A DNA stretch of 64,000 nt, taken from contig DCKB01000059.1 in NCBI GenBank assembly GCA_002320595.1, positions 687 through 64,686 on the forward strand. The letters run 5' to 3'. Under the pieces are notes generated by a model. That model searched no databases, was not told where the DNA came from, and was given only the letters and a program-made list of their open reading frames with translations. This document shows, one piece after another, positions 1 to 10,220 of the stretch; within the stretch, counting starts at the first letter, position 1; every line of letters begins with the position of its first letter. This stretch comes from Christensenella sp. UBA1685 (lineage in GTDB: Bacteria; Bacillota; Clostridia; Christensenellales; CAG-138). The translations under genes and the position numbers were made by a program.

Positions 1-37
1 TCATTTATTGTTTCCCCCTATAGTTGGATTACAGCTA

Positions 38-409
38 TTATGGTACAATTAAGTCAATGATTGGATGCCAAAATGTATGCCGTCCTGAAACGGTCAGCAT
101 TTGGAATGAAACCTCAAAGAGAATTGTGCCAGAAGGGCAATATGATGCGCACGTCGTCCCATTTCCTTGGATGTTTAAACTGCCGTTTAAGAAGCTTTGT
201 GTTCCAGTATAAATTCCTTCAACATAGCAATTGCTTACATAACCGGAAAGATATACTTTTCCATCGATTACAGTTTTTCGAACATAGCCGTCATAATACA
301 CGGTTCCTCTCACTTGAATCCTGCTACCGTCAGCGAGTGTCACGTATTCATTTACCTGATTGGAACGGTTGAAATCCCAACTGGTAACCGTTGAATCAGC
401 CTGCATCAT
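38..409 (-). CDS. hypothetical protein (beta-rich, no family recognised)
   Basis: 123-aa ORF immediately downstream of the 435..713 gene in an AT-rich segment. No convincing RBS and no motif I recognise. Confidence 0.35.
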   Translation of the reverse strand: MMQADSTVTSWDFNRSNQVNEYVTLADGSRIQVRGTVYYDGYVRKTVIDGKVYLSGYVSNCYVEGIYTGTQSFLNGSLNIQGNGTTCASYCPSGTILFEVSFQMLTVSGRHTFWHPIIDLIVP

Positions 410-434
410 AGTCCTGCAAGAAGCGGATTCTTCA

Positions 435-713
435 TCAAAATAATACGATGGTTCGATTCTGTTGTTGTGCCTCGGAAATAGTTTCCATGATTATTAGAAA
501 ATTTTCAACTTCTTCAAGAACGCTAGGAGCAAGATAATCCGTTGAATTTGGATCATGAGGTGTAATAGAAACCCCATACCTTAATTCTAATTCCTCAATT
601 TTTTGCTTTTGAGTTTGAATGGATGCAGTTTCTTGATATGAAACAGCTAATGTTGTACTTAAACAAGAGAGGGAGCAAAGCAACGCCAAAAACGCAGAGA
701 CGAACTTTTTCAT
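435..713 (-). CDS. small secreted protein with N-terminal signal peptide
   Basis: Start moved to MKKFVSAFLALLCSLSC (hydrophobic signal-like N-terminus) with AGGAGGA RBS just upstream. The track ORF (435..770) starts further upstream. Confidence 0.5.
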   Translation of the reverse strand: MKKFVSAFLALLCSLSCLSTTLAVSYQETASIQTQKQKIEELELRYGVSITPHDPNSTDYLAPSVLEEVENFLIIMETISEAQQQNRTIVLF

Positions 714-807
714 TATTTTTTCCTCCTTTATTAAGTTATTGAAAATGTTAAATTTAGTATAGCAATTCATTTATGCCATGTCAAACGAATAAACGGACTA
801 CCGTATG

Positions 808-828
808 ATGTTAACACATTGTTAACAT
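808..828. repeat. perfect inverted repeat ATGTTAAC-N5-GTTAACAT
   Basis: 8-bp arms read directly in the sequence, about 95 nt upstream of the 713 start. Possible operator; function unknown. Confidence 0.3.
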
Positions 829-875
829 ATGCGCTTTTGACAAAAAGGATGCAGGAAGAAACACATTTCAGATTC

Positions 876-904
876 TTGACAAAGGGAAATCCCTTACATA
901 TAAT
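876..904 (+). promoter_or_regulatory. sigma-A type promoter upstream of greA
   Basis: TTGACA (876-881), 17-nt spacer, TATAAT (899-904); both hexamers are consensus. About 100 nt upstream of greA. Confidence 0.6.
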
Positions 905-1006
905 GGCTTATACGAATATAAAATAAGGAAACGCACTGGAAGGGAGTTCAACGGGGCATGGCTCCGTGTGTTTTTATATTAACTATGAAACCGGAGGGTA
1001 TCATCC

Positions 1007-1477
1007 ATGGCAGAAGTACGTTTGACCGCAGAGGGCATTAAAAAATACGAGGAGCGGTTGGAATACCTGAAAACAACCGGCCGCACGGAAATTGCGGAGC
1101 AGATTAAGATCGCCCGCTCTTTTGGCGACCTGAGCGAAAACGCGGAATACGATGCGGCAAAGGCTGAGCAGGCGCGCATGGAGTATGAGATCGTCGAGAT
1201 CGAGAACATGCTCAAAAACGTCGTGCTCATCGATGAGGACAACATCAACACCGACATGGTGAACATCGGCACCACCGTGCGCGTGCGCATGACGGCGCTG
1301 GGCGTCGAAAAGGAATTCCAGATCGTTGGCAGCGCGGAATCCAACCCGCTTGAAAACCGCATTTCCAACGAATCCCCCGTCGGCGCGGGGCTGATTGGCC
1401 ACAAGGTTGGCGAAACGGTGGAAATTCAGACGCCCGGCGGTGCGCAGCCGTTTGAAATTCTTGCCATCGGCAAATAA
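1007..1477 (+). CDS. greA: transcription elongation factor GreA
   Basis: 156 aa. Typical GreA length and sequence ([36 protein letters not shown]-terminal [18 protein letters not shown]). Confidence 0.95.
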   Translation: MAEVRLTAEGIKKYEERLEYLKTTGRTEIAEQIKIARSFGDLSENAEYDAAKAEQARMEYEIVEIENMLKNVVLIDEDNINTDMVNIGTTVRVRMTALGVEKEFQIVGSAESNPLENRISNESPVGAGLIGHKVGETVEIQTPGGAQPFEILAIGK

Positions 1478-1526
1478 GCTGCCGCAGGCAATGAAAAATA
1501 ATTCATCAATCGAACAGGAGAGAAAC

Positions 1527-3041
1527 ATGGACGAGCAAAGAAGCGTGAACGCGCCCGAGGAACGGGCCCTCACACAGGAGGAACTGAGCGAACTGCTGCA
1601 AATCAGGCGGGATAAGCTCAAGTCCCTTCAGGATGCCGGCCGCGATCCGTTCGAGATCGTGCGCTATGACCAGCAACTTTACAGTACGGACGTATTGGAA
1701 AAATACGACGCGCTCGAAGGCAAATCCGTCAGCTTGGCGGGGCGCATGATGTCCAAACGCATCATGGGCAAGGCGAGCTTTGCCCACCTGCTCGATTATA
1801 AGGGCGACATCCAGATTTATGTCCGCCGGGACGATGTGGGCGAGGAAGCCTATACGGACTTCAAAACCATGGACATCGGAGATATCCTGGGCGTTGTGGG
1901 CAAGGTGTTCAAGACCCGCACGGGGGAGGTTTCCATCCATGCGGAGCGGGTTACGCTGCTTTCCAAGTCCCTCCGCCCCCTGCCGGAAAAGTTCCACGGC
2001 CTGAAGGATCCGGAGCTTCGTTACCGCCAGCGCTTTGTGGATCTCATCGTGAATCCCGAGGTACGCGAAACGTTTGTGAAGCGCTCAAAGATCATCGCGG
2101 AGATTCGCAACCGCCTGAACGCAAGAGGCTTCATCGAGGTGGAAACGCCTGTGCTCAACACAACGGCCTCCGGCGCTTCGGCGCGCCCGTTCATCACGCA
2201 CCACAATGCGCTGGATATCGACATGTATATGCGCATCGCCACGGAGCTGCACCTGAAGATGTGCATCGTGGGCGGGCTGGAGCGCGTGTATGAAATCGGC
2301 CGCATCTTCCGCAACGAGGGCATGGATGCAACGCATAACCCGGAATTTACCACCATCGAGCTGTATCAGGCCTATACGGACTATAACGGCATGATGGAGC
2401 TTTCCGAAGACCTGTTCTCCCACTGCTGCCAAATGGTGAACGGCACCACGAAGATCACCTATCAGGGGCAGGAGATCGACCTTACGGCCCCCTTCCGCCG
2501 CCTTCCAATGAACGATGCGGTGAAGGAATACACGGGCGCGGATTTCCTCGCCTGCGCAACGGATGAAGAGGCACATGCGCTTGCAAAGTCCATTGGCCTT
2601 GCAATAGAGGATAAGGCGGCCACCAAGGGCAAGATCCTTGCCGAAGCGTTTGACACGTTCGTGGAGGATAAGCTGATCCAGCCCACGTTCATCATCGATT
2701 ACCCCGTGGAAATTTCCCCGCTCAGCAAGCGCAAGCCCGGCTGCCCCGGCCTTACGGAGCGCTTTGAGCTGTTCATCTCCGGCCATGAATACGCAAATGC
2801 GTTTTCCGAGCTGAACGACCCCATCGACCAGCGCGGCCGCTTTGTACAGCAGGCGCAGGAGCGCGCCAAGGGCGATGACGAGGCCATGATGATCGATGAG
2901 GATTTCTGCACCGCGCTTGAATACGGCATGCCCCCGACGGGCGGCATTGGCATCGGCGTGGACCGCATGATTATGCTCCTGACCGATTCCTCCACCATCC
3001 GGGACGTGCTGCTGTTCCCGACAATGAAGCCGGTGAAGTGA
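1527..3041 (+). CDS. lysS: lysine--tRNA ligase (class II)
   Basis: Class II LysRS motifs ([29 protein letters not shown]). Start set at MDEQRS after AGGAG RBS. The track ORF start at 1395 overlaps greA. Confidence 0.93.
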   Translation: MDEQRSVNAPEERALTQEELSELLQIRRDKLKSLQDAGRDPFEIVRYDQQLYSTDVLEKYDALEGKSVSLAGRMMSKRIMGKASFAHLLDYKGDIQIYVRRDDVGEEAYTDFKTMDIGDILGVVGKVFKTRTGEVSIHAERVTLLSKSLRPLPEKFHGLKDPELRYRQRFVDLIVNPEVRETFVKRSKIIAEIRNRLNARGFIEVETPVLNTTASGASARPFITHHNALDIDMYMRIATELHLKMCIVGGLERVYEIGRIFRNEGMDATHNPEFTTIELYQAYTDYNGMMELSEDLFSHCCQMVNGTTKITYQGQEIDLTAPFRRLPMNDAVKEYTGADFLACATDEEAHALAKSIGLAIEDKAATKGKILAEAFDTFVEDKLIQPTFIIDYPVEISPLSKRKPGCPGLTERFELFISGHEYANAFSELNDPIDQRGRFVQQAQERAKGDDEAMMIDEDFCTALEYGMPPTGGIGIGVDRMIMLLTDSSTIRDVLLFPTMKPVK

Positions 3042-3058
3042 CACTGACAAAAAGATGC

Positions 3059-3088
3059 AAAGGGGCGCGCCGAGCGGCGCGCCCCTTT
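3059..3088. terminator. bidirectional GC-rich hairpin between convergent lysS and aminotransferase genes
   Basis: AAAGGGGCGCGCC-GAGC-GGCGCGCCCCTTT, a 13-bp perfect stem. Confidence 0.7.
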
Positions 3089-3197
3089 CAGTCTGCTAAA
3101 AATTCGTGGAATTGCGGGGGAAACCCAAGCGGCCTCAAGCGCAATTGATGGTGTATGCGCCCATCAAAGGAACGTGAAGCAGGGCGCGTGCCTGCGC

Positions 3198-4376
3198 TTA
3201 CTTCACAAGGTCGTTGAGCTTTGCAAGCCGGTCGATTGCCGTGGCAAGCGTATCCTTGTTGCGCGCGAAGTGCAGGCGCATGAAGTTGTTCACATCCTCG
3301 CGGAAGAAGCTGGAACCCGGCACGGCGGCAACGCCCACATTGCGGATCACCCATTCGCAGAACTGCAGATCGCTGTAACCGGCAAACTGGGGCAGCGCAA
3401 GGAACTTGCCGATATCCACCATGATGAAATAGCTGCCCTGCGGCACCGTGTGCGCAAGGCCGAGCGCATCCAGGCCCTGCACGAAGAAATTGCGCTTTTC
3501 GGTGTAAAGCGTTTGCAGGCCCTCGTAATAGTCCGGGCCAAAGCGCAGGCCGGTTACGGCCGCTTCCTGCAAGGGTGCTGCGGCGCCGACGGTCAGGAAA
3601 TCGTGTACCTGCTTCGCGCGCTCAATCACCTCCGCCGGCCCGATCAGGTATCCCAGGCGCCAGCCGGTGATGGAATATGTTTTGGAAAGCGAGCTGCACG
3701 AAATCGTGCGCTTCCACATGCCGGGCAGCGAGCAGAAATAGGTGTGCACATAGGGCTTGAAGATGATGTGTTCGTACACTTCATCCGTAATGACGAACGC
3801 ATCGTACTTTTCCGCGAGCGCCGCGATGGTGGAAAGCTCCTCACGCGTAAACACCTTGCCGGTGGGGTTGGAAGGGTTGCAAAGGATAAGCGCCTTCGGG
3901 TGCTGCCGGAACGCTTCCTCAAGCTGCGCAGGATCGAAATGGAAGTCCGGCGGCAGAAGCGGCACATAAATCGGCTCTGCGCCGGAAAGGATTGCATCCG
4001 CGCCGTAGTTTTCATAGAAGGGCGAGAACACGATGACCTTGTCTCCGGGGTTGCAGACGGTCATCATTGCGCTCATCATGGCCTCTGTGCCTCCGCAGGT
4101 CACAACGATTTCCGTATCCGGGTTGATGTCATGCCCAAAGGGGCCGGACTGCTTGTCCGCAAGCGCACGGCGGAAGTTGGCCGCGCCGAAGGTAACGGAA
4201 TATTGGTGCGGGCCGGCATAGGCGGCCTTTGCGAGCGCATCCAGGATCTCGCGCGGCGGGTCAAAATCCGGGAACCCCTGGGAAAGGTTGATCGCGCCAT
4301 GCTCGTCGCTGATGCGGGTCATGCGGCGAATGACGGAATCGGTGAATTGGGAAACGCGTTTGCTCAGTTCGGGCAT
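3198..4376 (-). CDS. PLP-dependent aminotransferase, class I/II (YbdL/kynurenine-aminotransferase-like)
   Basis: 392 aa. INLSQGFPDFDPP N-terminal motif and SLSKTYSITGWRLGY PLP-lysine region. Confidence 0.88.
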   Translation of the reverse strand: MPELSKRVSQFTDSVIRRMTRISDEHGAINLSQGFPDFDPPREILDALAKAAYAGPHQYSVTFGAANFRRALADKQSGPFGHDINPDTEIVVTCGGTEAMMSAMMTVCNPGDKVIVFSPFYENYGADAILSGAEPIYVPLLPPDFHFDPAQLEEAFRQHPKALILCNPSNPTGKVFTREELSTIAALAEKYDAFVITDEVYEHIIFKPYVHTYFCSLPGMWKRTISCSSLSKTYSITGWRLGYLIGPAEVIERAKQVHDFLTVGAAAPLQEAAVTGLRFGPDYYEGLQTLYTEKRNFFVQGLDALGLAHTVPQGSYFIMVDIGKFLALPQFAGYSDLQFCEWVIRNVGVAAVPGSSFFREDVNNFMRLHFARNKDTLATAIDRLAKLNDLVK

Positions 4377-4795
4377 ATAGGTGCTCCTTTATGTTAAGAA
4401 TAAAATCTATAGAAAATATATTTATATATCATCCTGCCTGCTTTCACACTATCATAGCGCAATCCGCTTAAAAATCAAGCCTTTTTTGTATAATTAATAA
4501 AGAAAATTTTGTCGTGTATTTCAGGGCGTGCTGCATTGATATGCAAAATAGGCGCCTTGAAGGGCGAATAACCCAAAAGGCGCCTTTCTAAAAGGAGCTG
4601 GCACGGCGTAAGCCATGGCGGAGGATTGTCCGTACCTTGCGGCATCCCCCGCTGGTGCCTCATACTGCCAGGCACTTTCCGGAAAGGGGTTTTTAGCAAA
4701 GAGGATAAAGGCGGGCGTGGTTTCCGCAACGTGCGGACGAGTGTCCGCCAAGAGAAAAACAATGCACAAATTGCAAAAAAATCGCATAAACATGC

Positions 4796-4824
4796 TTGAC
4801 AAAGCGCCTGCAAAGCGCTATCAT
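4796..4824 (+). promoter_or_regulatory. promoter of argG operon
   Basis: TTGACA (4796-4801), 17 nt, TATCAT (4819-4824); 49 nt upstream of the argG ATG. Confidence 0.55.
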
Positions 4825-4843
4825 GCATAAACATAAGAAATAC

Positions 4844-4859
4844 GTGCAATATAATGCAC
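4844..4859. promoter_or_regulatory. candidate ArgR/AhrC operator (ARG-box-like palindrome)
   Basis: GTGCAATATAATGCAC, 14 of 16 positions palindromic, lying between the -10 and the RBS of argG. Resembles the TGAAT-W4-ATKCA ARG box. Confidence 0.35.
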
Positions 4860-4872
4860 TGGAGGAGATACG

Positions 4873-6099
4873 ATGAAAAAGCAGGTTAAAAAAGTTGTGT
4901 TGGCATATTCCGGCGGCCTGGATACTTCCGTTATCATTCCGTGGCTGAAGGAAAATTACGATAATTGCGAAGTCATCGCCATGTCCGGCGATGTGGGCCA
5001 GGGGGATGAGCTGGATGGGCTTGAGGCAAAAGCGCTCAAAACCGGCGCTTCCAAGCTGTATGTTGAGGATTTGAAGGAAACCTTCGTAACCGATTACATC
5101 TACCCCGCCGTTAAGGCCGGCGCGGTCTATGAAAAGGAATATCTGCTCGGCACCGCGCTCGCACGGCCCGCCATCGCAAAGCGGCTTGTTGAAATTGCCA
5201 AGCAAGAGGGCGCCGATGCGATTTGCCACGGCTGCACCGGCAAGGGCAACGATCAGGTGCGCTTTGAGCTTGCAATCAAGGCGCTTGCCCCGGAACTCAC
5301 GGTCATTGCCCCGTGGCGGGAATGGGAGTTTAAATCTCGCGAGGATGAGATCGCCTATGCCGAGGCGCATGACATTCCGCTCAAAATCAACCGCGAAACC
5401 AACTATTCCAAGGATAAGAACCTCTGGCACCTTTCCCATGAGGGGCTTGACCTGGAAGATCCTGCAAACCAGCCTACCTACGGCAAGGACGGGTTCCTTG
5501 AAATGACCGTGCCGCCCAAGCAGGCGCCGGATGATTCCGCTTTTGTCACGATCTCCTTTGAAAAGGGCGTACCCGTTGCGGTAAACGGCGAGGCGCTTGC
5601 CCCGGTTGCGCTTGTGGACGCGCTCAACAAAATCGGCGGCGCGCATGGCGTGGGGCTTTTGGATATGGTGGAAAACCGGCTTGTGGGCATGAAATCCCGC
5701 GGCGTATATGAAACGCCGGGCGGGTCTATCCTTTATAAAGCGCACGAGCTGCTGGAGCAGATCTGCCTTGACCGGGACACCCTGCATTATAAGCTCCTTG
5801 TTGCGGAACAGTTCGCAGAACTGACCTATTTCGGCAAGTGGTTCACGCCGCTGCATGAAGCCATCCGCGCCTTTATCGACAAGACGCAGGAGTATGTGAC
5901 GGGCGATGTGAAGCTTGAACTTTACAAGGGCAACATCATCCCCGCCGGCATTACCTCCCCGTATTCTCAGTATTATGAGGAGCTTGCCACCTTCGGCGAG
6001 GACCATGTGTACGATCAGGCGGAATCCAAGGGCTTCATCGACCTGTTCGGCCTTTCCATCAAGATGAACGCGCTTGCCAAGCAGGGCAAGATCAAATAA
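4873..6099 (+). CDS. argG: argininosuccinate synthase
   Basis: 408 aa. [12 protein letters not shown]-pyrophosphatase motif and overall ArgG sequence. Confidence 0.96.
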   Translation: MKKQVKKVVLAYSGGLDTSVIIPWLKENYDNCEVIAMSGDVGQGDELDGLEAKALKTGASKLYVEDLKETFVTDYIYPAVKAGAVYEKEYLLGTALARPAIAKRLVEIAKQEGADAICHGCTGKGNDQVRFELAIKALAPELTVIAPWREWEFKSREDEIAYAEAHDIPLKINRETNYSKDKNLWHLSHEGLDLEDPANQPTYGKDGFLEMTVPPKQAPDDSAFVTISFEKGVPVAVNGEALAPVALVDALNKIGGAHGVGLLDMVENRLVGMKSRGVYETPGGSILYKAHELLEQICLDRDTLHYKLLVAEQFAELTYFGKWFTPLHEAIRAFIDKTQEYVTGDVKLELYKGNIIPAGITSPYSQYYEELATFGEDHVYDQAESKGFIDLFGLSIKMNALAKQGKIK

Positions 6100-6116
6100 A
6101 CAGGAGAACGCAAACG

Positions 6117-7493
6117 ATGCAAACGATGTGGGCAGGGCGCTTTCAGAAGCAGCTTGACGCGGAGGTGAACGATTTCAACTCGTCCATCTCCTACGATGCG
6201 CGCATGTTCCGGCAGGATATCGCCGGGTCGCTCGCGCATGTGGCGATGCTTGCAAAAGCGGGTATTCTCACGGATGCGGAGCGGGACGCAATCGCCGCCG
6301 GGCTCGGCTCCATTCTGGATGACATTGCAAGCGGCGCGCTTCCCATCGACCCCGCCGCAGAGGATATCCACATGTTTGTGGAAGCCGAGCTAACAAAGCG
6401 CATCGGGGATGTGGGAAAGAAGCTGCACACCGCGCGCAGCCGCAACGACCAGGTGGCGCTTGACCTCCGGCTTTGCCTGATGGACGAAATCGGCAAAATC
6501 GAAGGCGAGGCAAAAGCGCTGCTCAAAACCCTCCTCGATCAGGCGGAGGCGTATGCCGCCACGATCCTGCCGGGTTACACCCATTTGCAGCGCGCGCAGC
6601 CCATCACCTTCGGCCACCACCTGATGGCGTATGCGAACATGATCGAACGCGATCTTTGCCGCCTTGCGGCCTGCAAAAAAAGCGCCGCCGTCTCCCCGCT
6701 CGGGTGCTGTGCGCTCGCCGGCACCACCTACCCCACCGACCGCGCCATGACCGCGGCCGCGCTCGGGTGCGCGGGTCCCTGCGAAAACAGCATGGACGGC
6801 GTTTCGGATCGGGATTTCGTGATCGAGCTTGCGTCCTGCATCGCGATCCTGATGATGCACCTTTCCCGCTTTTCGGAGGAGATCATCCTCTGGTGCTCAT
6901 GGGAATTCCACTTCATTGAGCTGGACGATGCATATTCCACCGGCTCGAGCATCATGCCGCAGAAGAAGAACCCCGACATTCCGGAGCTTGTGCGCGGCAA
7001 AGCGGGCCGCAGCTACGGCAACCTGGTGACGCTTCTCACCGTCATGAAGGGCCTGCCGCTTGCCTATAACAAGGACATGCAGGAAGACAAGGAAGCCATC
7101 TTCGACAGCGTGGATACGGTGCTTCAGTGCCTCCACATCTTCACGCCAATGCTTTCCACGATGCGCGTCCTGTCGGATACCATGCGCAGGGCGGCGGCAA
7201 ACGGGTTCATCAACGCAACGGATTGTGCGGATTATCTCGTCGGCAAAGGGCTGCCCTTCCGTGCGGCGTATAAGATCACGGGCGCGCTTGTGGCGCGCTG
7301 CATCGCGGATGGCGCAACGCTGGAGACGCTCCCGCTTGCAGTTTATCGGGAATATTCCCCCGCGTTTGACGCGGATGTATATGAAGCCATTGACCTTGAC
7401 GCCTGCGTGATGAAGCGCACTTCCTTCGGCGGGACCGCCCCCGCTTCCGTGCGGGCGCAGGCGGCGGCGATGCGGAAACGCAACGGCCTCTAA
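6117..7493 (+). CDS. argH: argininosuccinate lyase
   Basis: 458 aa. MWAGRF N-terminus and GSSIMPQKKNPD fumarate-lyase signature. Confidence 0.96.
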   Translation: MQTMWAGRFQKQLDAEVNDFNSSISYDARMFRQDIAGSLAHVAMLAKAGILTDAERDAIAAGLGSILDDIASGALPIDPAAEDIHMFVEAELTKRIGDVGKKLHTARSRNDQVALDLRLCLMDEIGKIEGEAKALLKTLLDQAEAYAATILPGYTHLQRAQPITFGHHLMAYANMIERDLCRLAACKKSAAVSPLGCCALAGTTYPTDRAMTAAALGCAGPCENSMDGVSDRDFVIELASCIAILMMHLSRFSEEIILWCSWEFHFIELDDAYSTGSSIMPQKKNPDIPELVRGKAGRSYGNLVTLLTVMKGLPLAYNKDMQEDKEAIFDSVDTVLQCLHIFTPMLSTMRVLSDTMRRAAANGFINATDCADYLVGKGLPFRAAYKITGALVARCIADGATLETLPLAVYREYSPAFDADVYEAIDLDACVMKRTSFGGTAPASVRAQAAAMRKRNGL

Positions 7494-7557
7494 GCCCGGG
7501 GAAAATACGGCGGAAACACAGAACACGATCAGAATAAACATAAGGAGAGGAACGCGC

Positions 7558-8727
7558 ATGGAGATCCGCAAGCTGGATGAAACCTATATTGAACACACCT
7601 ATCACCGGCATACGCCGATCCTGATGCGCGGCAAAAGCTGCACGGTTTATGACAGCGAAGGCAAGGCCTATGTTGACCTCAGTGCGGGGATAACGGTAAA
7701 CAGCCTCGGCTTTTCCGACCCGGCCTGGCAGACGGCGGTGATGTCCCAGCTGCTGCAATTGCAGCATGCTTCCAACCGGTATTATACCGCGCCGCAGGTG
7801 CTTCTCGCAGAACAGCTCTGCAAGCGCACCGGCATGCAGAAGGCGGTGTTCGGGAATTCCGGCACGGAGGCGAACGAGTGTGCGATCAAGCTTGCGCGCA
7901 AGTGGGGGATCGACCGCCATGGTGCGGACTGTTATCATATCATCACGCTCGAAAACAGCTTTCACGGGCATACGCTCGGTGCGCTTGCGGCGGCCGGGCA
8001 GCCGGCGCTCAAGGCGGATTTCGGGCCGGTGCTGCCCGGCTTCCACCATGTTCCGGCGAACGACCTTGCGGCGATGCAGGCAGCATTTGCGCAATACCCC
8101 GTTGCCGGCGTGATGCTGGAGCTTGTGCAAAGCGAGGATGGCATGAAGGCGCTCGATGCGGATTATGTGCAGGCACTTTGTGCACTTTGCCGCGAAAAGG
8201 ACGCGCTGCTCATCGTGGATGAGGTGCAGACGGGCAATGGCCGCACCGGCGCGCTTTACGCATATGAACTGTTCGGCATTGCGCCGGATGTTGTCACCAC
8301 TGCAAACGGGCTTGCGGGCGGGCTGCCCATCGGCGTTACGCTCATCGGCGCACGCGCAGCAGGCACGCTCACGCGCGGCACGCACAGCTCAACCTTCGGC
8401 GGGAACCCCGTATGCGCGGCAGCCGCACGCGCGGTGCTCAGCCGCATCGACGGCGCGCTTTTGCAGGCTGTCGTGGAAAAGGGAGAATACATCAAAACAC
8501 AGCTTCAGGGCGCAAAGGGCGTTAAAGCGGTGACAGGCCTCGGGCTTCTCATCGGCGTGCTGCCGGAAGCGCGGCCCGCCTCCGATGTGGCGGAAGCATG
8601 CGAAGAGCACGGCGTGCTGCTGCTCACGGAAAAGGACAACCTCTGCATAGCTCCTGCACTTAATATCCCGATGGAGGAACTTGCCGCGGCAATTGCCGTG
8701 GTGAAACAGGAGCTTGCAGCAGAATAA
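7558..8727 (+). CDS. argD: acetylornithine aminotransferase (class III)
   Basis: 389 aa. LLIVDEVQTGNGRTG motif; follows argG-argH. Confidence 0.9.
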   Translation: MEIRKLDETYIEHTYHRHTPILMRGKSCTVYDSEGKAYVDLSAGITVNSLGFSDPAWQTAVMSQLLQLQHASNRYYTAPQVLLAEQLCKRTGMQKAVFGNSGTEANECAIKLARKWGIDRHGADCYHIITLENSFHGHTLGALAAAGQPALKADFGPVLPGFHHVPANDLAAMQAAFAQYPVAGVMLELVQSEDGMKALDADYVQALCALCREKDALLIVDEVQTGNGRTGALYAYELFGIAPDVVTTANGLAGGLPIGVTLIGARAAGTLTRGTHSSTFGGNPVCAAAARAVLSRIDGALLQAVVEKGEYIKTQLQGAKGVKAVTGLGLLIGVLPEARPASDVAEACEEHGVLLLTEKDNLCIAPALNIPMEELAAAIAVVKQELAAE

Positions 8728-8737
8728 GAGCGCATGC

Positions 8738-8766
8738 AAAAGGGAGCGGAACCCGCTCCTTTTTTG
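8738..8766 (+). terminator. intrinsic terminator after argD
   Basis: GGAGCGG-AAC-CCGCTCC hairpin followed by TTTTTTG. Confidence 0.65.
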
Positions 8767-8845
8767 TGCCCCTTCCGCGTCTTGCCCGCCCCGGCGGCAT
8801 CTTATATAATAAAAGGCAAACAGCCTGGGAAAAGGAGAAGCCGCA

Positions 8846-9328
8846 ATGAAATATAAAAATCCGCTGCTTGTTGTGTGCGATCTGGAAGCATCCATCGCAT
8901 TTTATCGGGAAGTTTTGGGGCTCCGCGTCGTGCGGGATTTCGGCGCAAATGTGACGCTTACGGGCGGGGTTTGCCTTCAAACAAAGGAAAGCTGGCTTGG
9001 GTTTCTCGGCGTGAACGAAGGGGCGATTTCCTTCGGCGGCCGGGACGCCGAGCTGTATTTCGAGGAGGACGCGTTTGATGCGTTTGCGGCGCGGCTTGCC
9101 GGCATGGCGGATGTGCGGTATGTTCATCCCGTGCTGGAGCACCGCTGGGGGCAGCGCGCCGTTCGGTTCTATGATCCGGACGGGCATATCATCGAGGTTG
9201 GCGAGAGCATGAAAACGGTTTGCCTCCGCTTTTTTGCAAGTGGGATGACTCCGGAGGAAACGGCGCGGCGGATGGATGTGCCGCTTGGGTTTGTAAATGC
9301 ATGCGTGCGGGAAAGGAAGGGAAAATGA
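8846..9328 (+). CDS. VOC (glyoxalase/bleomycin-resistance/dioxygenase) family protein
   Basis: 160 aa. Typical VOC beta-alpha-beta pattern (VCDLEASIAFYREVLGL ... DPDGHIIEV). Confidence 0.8.
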   Translation: MKYKNPLLVVCDLEASIAFYREVLGLRVVRDFGANVTLTGGVCLQTKESWLGFLGVNEGAISFGGRDAELYFEEDAFDAFAARLAGMADVRYVHPVLEHRWGQRAVRFYDPDGHIIEVGESMKTVCLRFFASGMTPEETARRMDVPLGFVNACVRERKGK

Positions 9329-10110
9329 TCCCCCTTGGCATGCCGACGCTCATTGAATCCCCTGCGCCCGCAGAATGTGCCGCGCTATGCCATGCGCTCG
9401 GACTCAGCTTCATCGAGCTCAACATGAACCTGCCGCAGTATCAGCCCGGCAGCGTGGATGTTGCGCAATGCGTCCGGCTCGCAGCAGAATACGGCATTTA
9501 TTATACCATCCACCTAGACGAAAATCTGAACGCCAGCGATTTCAACCCCTATGTCGCGGAGGCGTATAAGCGCACGGCGCTTGAGGCCATTGCGCTTGCA
9601 AAGCGGCTGCAGGCGCCGGTTTTGAACATGCACTTGCCCCGCGGCGTGCATTTTACGCTCCCGGACAAGAAGATATACCTTTTCGAGGCATACAGGGAAC
9701 GCTATCTGCAAATGATAGCGGACTTCCGGGACGCCTGCACAGCCGCGGCGGGCGATGCGGGAATCACCATCTGCGTTGAAAACACGGATGGCTACCTGCC
9801 GTTCCAGCGCAGTGCGCTCAAATTGCTGCTGGAAAGCAGCGTATTCGGCCTGACGCTGGATGTGGGCCACAGCCACAGCGCGGGCAAGGTGGATGAGCCG
9901 CTGATCCTCCAAACTCCGGGCGCGCTGCGCCACATGCATTTGCACGACGCGTTGGGGCAAACAAATCACCTCATCCCCGGCACAGGTGAAATTGACCTTC
10001 CGCGCTATGCCGCCTTGGCGGAACAACGCGGCTGCCGCGTCGTCCTTGAAACGAAAACATGCGCCGCCCTGCGCGCGGCTGTGGCATGGATGCGGCGCTT
10101 GCAAATGTGA
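9325..10110 (+). CDS. sugar phosphate isomerase/epimerase (xylose-isomerase-like TIM barrel)
   Basis: Start at MIPLGMPTL, whose ATG overlaps the upstream stop (ATGA). Motifs NMHLPRG, ICVEN, LDVGHSH, HMHLHD. Confidence 0.8.
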   Translation: MIPLGMPTLIESPAPAECAALCHALGLSFIELNMNLPQYQPGSVDVAQCVRLAAEYGIYYTIHLDENLNASDFNPYVAEAYKRTALEAIALAKRLQAPVLNMHLPRGVHFTLPDKKIYLFEAYRERYLQMIADFRDACTAAAGDAGITICVENTDGYLPFQRSALKLLLESSVFGLTLDVGHSHSAGKVDEPLILQTPGALRHMHLHDALGQTNHLIPGTGEIDLPRYAALAEQRGCRVVLETKTCAALRAAVAWMRRLQM

Positions 10111-10220
10111 TGAACGTCCTCGCGCAAATGCAGGCTGCCATAGTTCGTATGTAAAATCCACGCAAAGTATGCTATAATCAAATTCGTGTAACAGCAAAAT
10201 TGGATGGAGAACGGGAGAAT

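Noticed and set aside
1395-1526. Upstream extension of the lysS ORF overlapping the end of greA.
   Set aside because: No LysRS homology is visible in the extension. A good RBS (AGGAG) precedes the ATG at 1527, and the extension would overlap greA by 83 nt.
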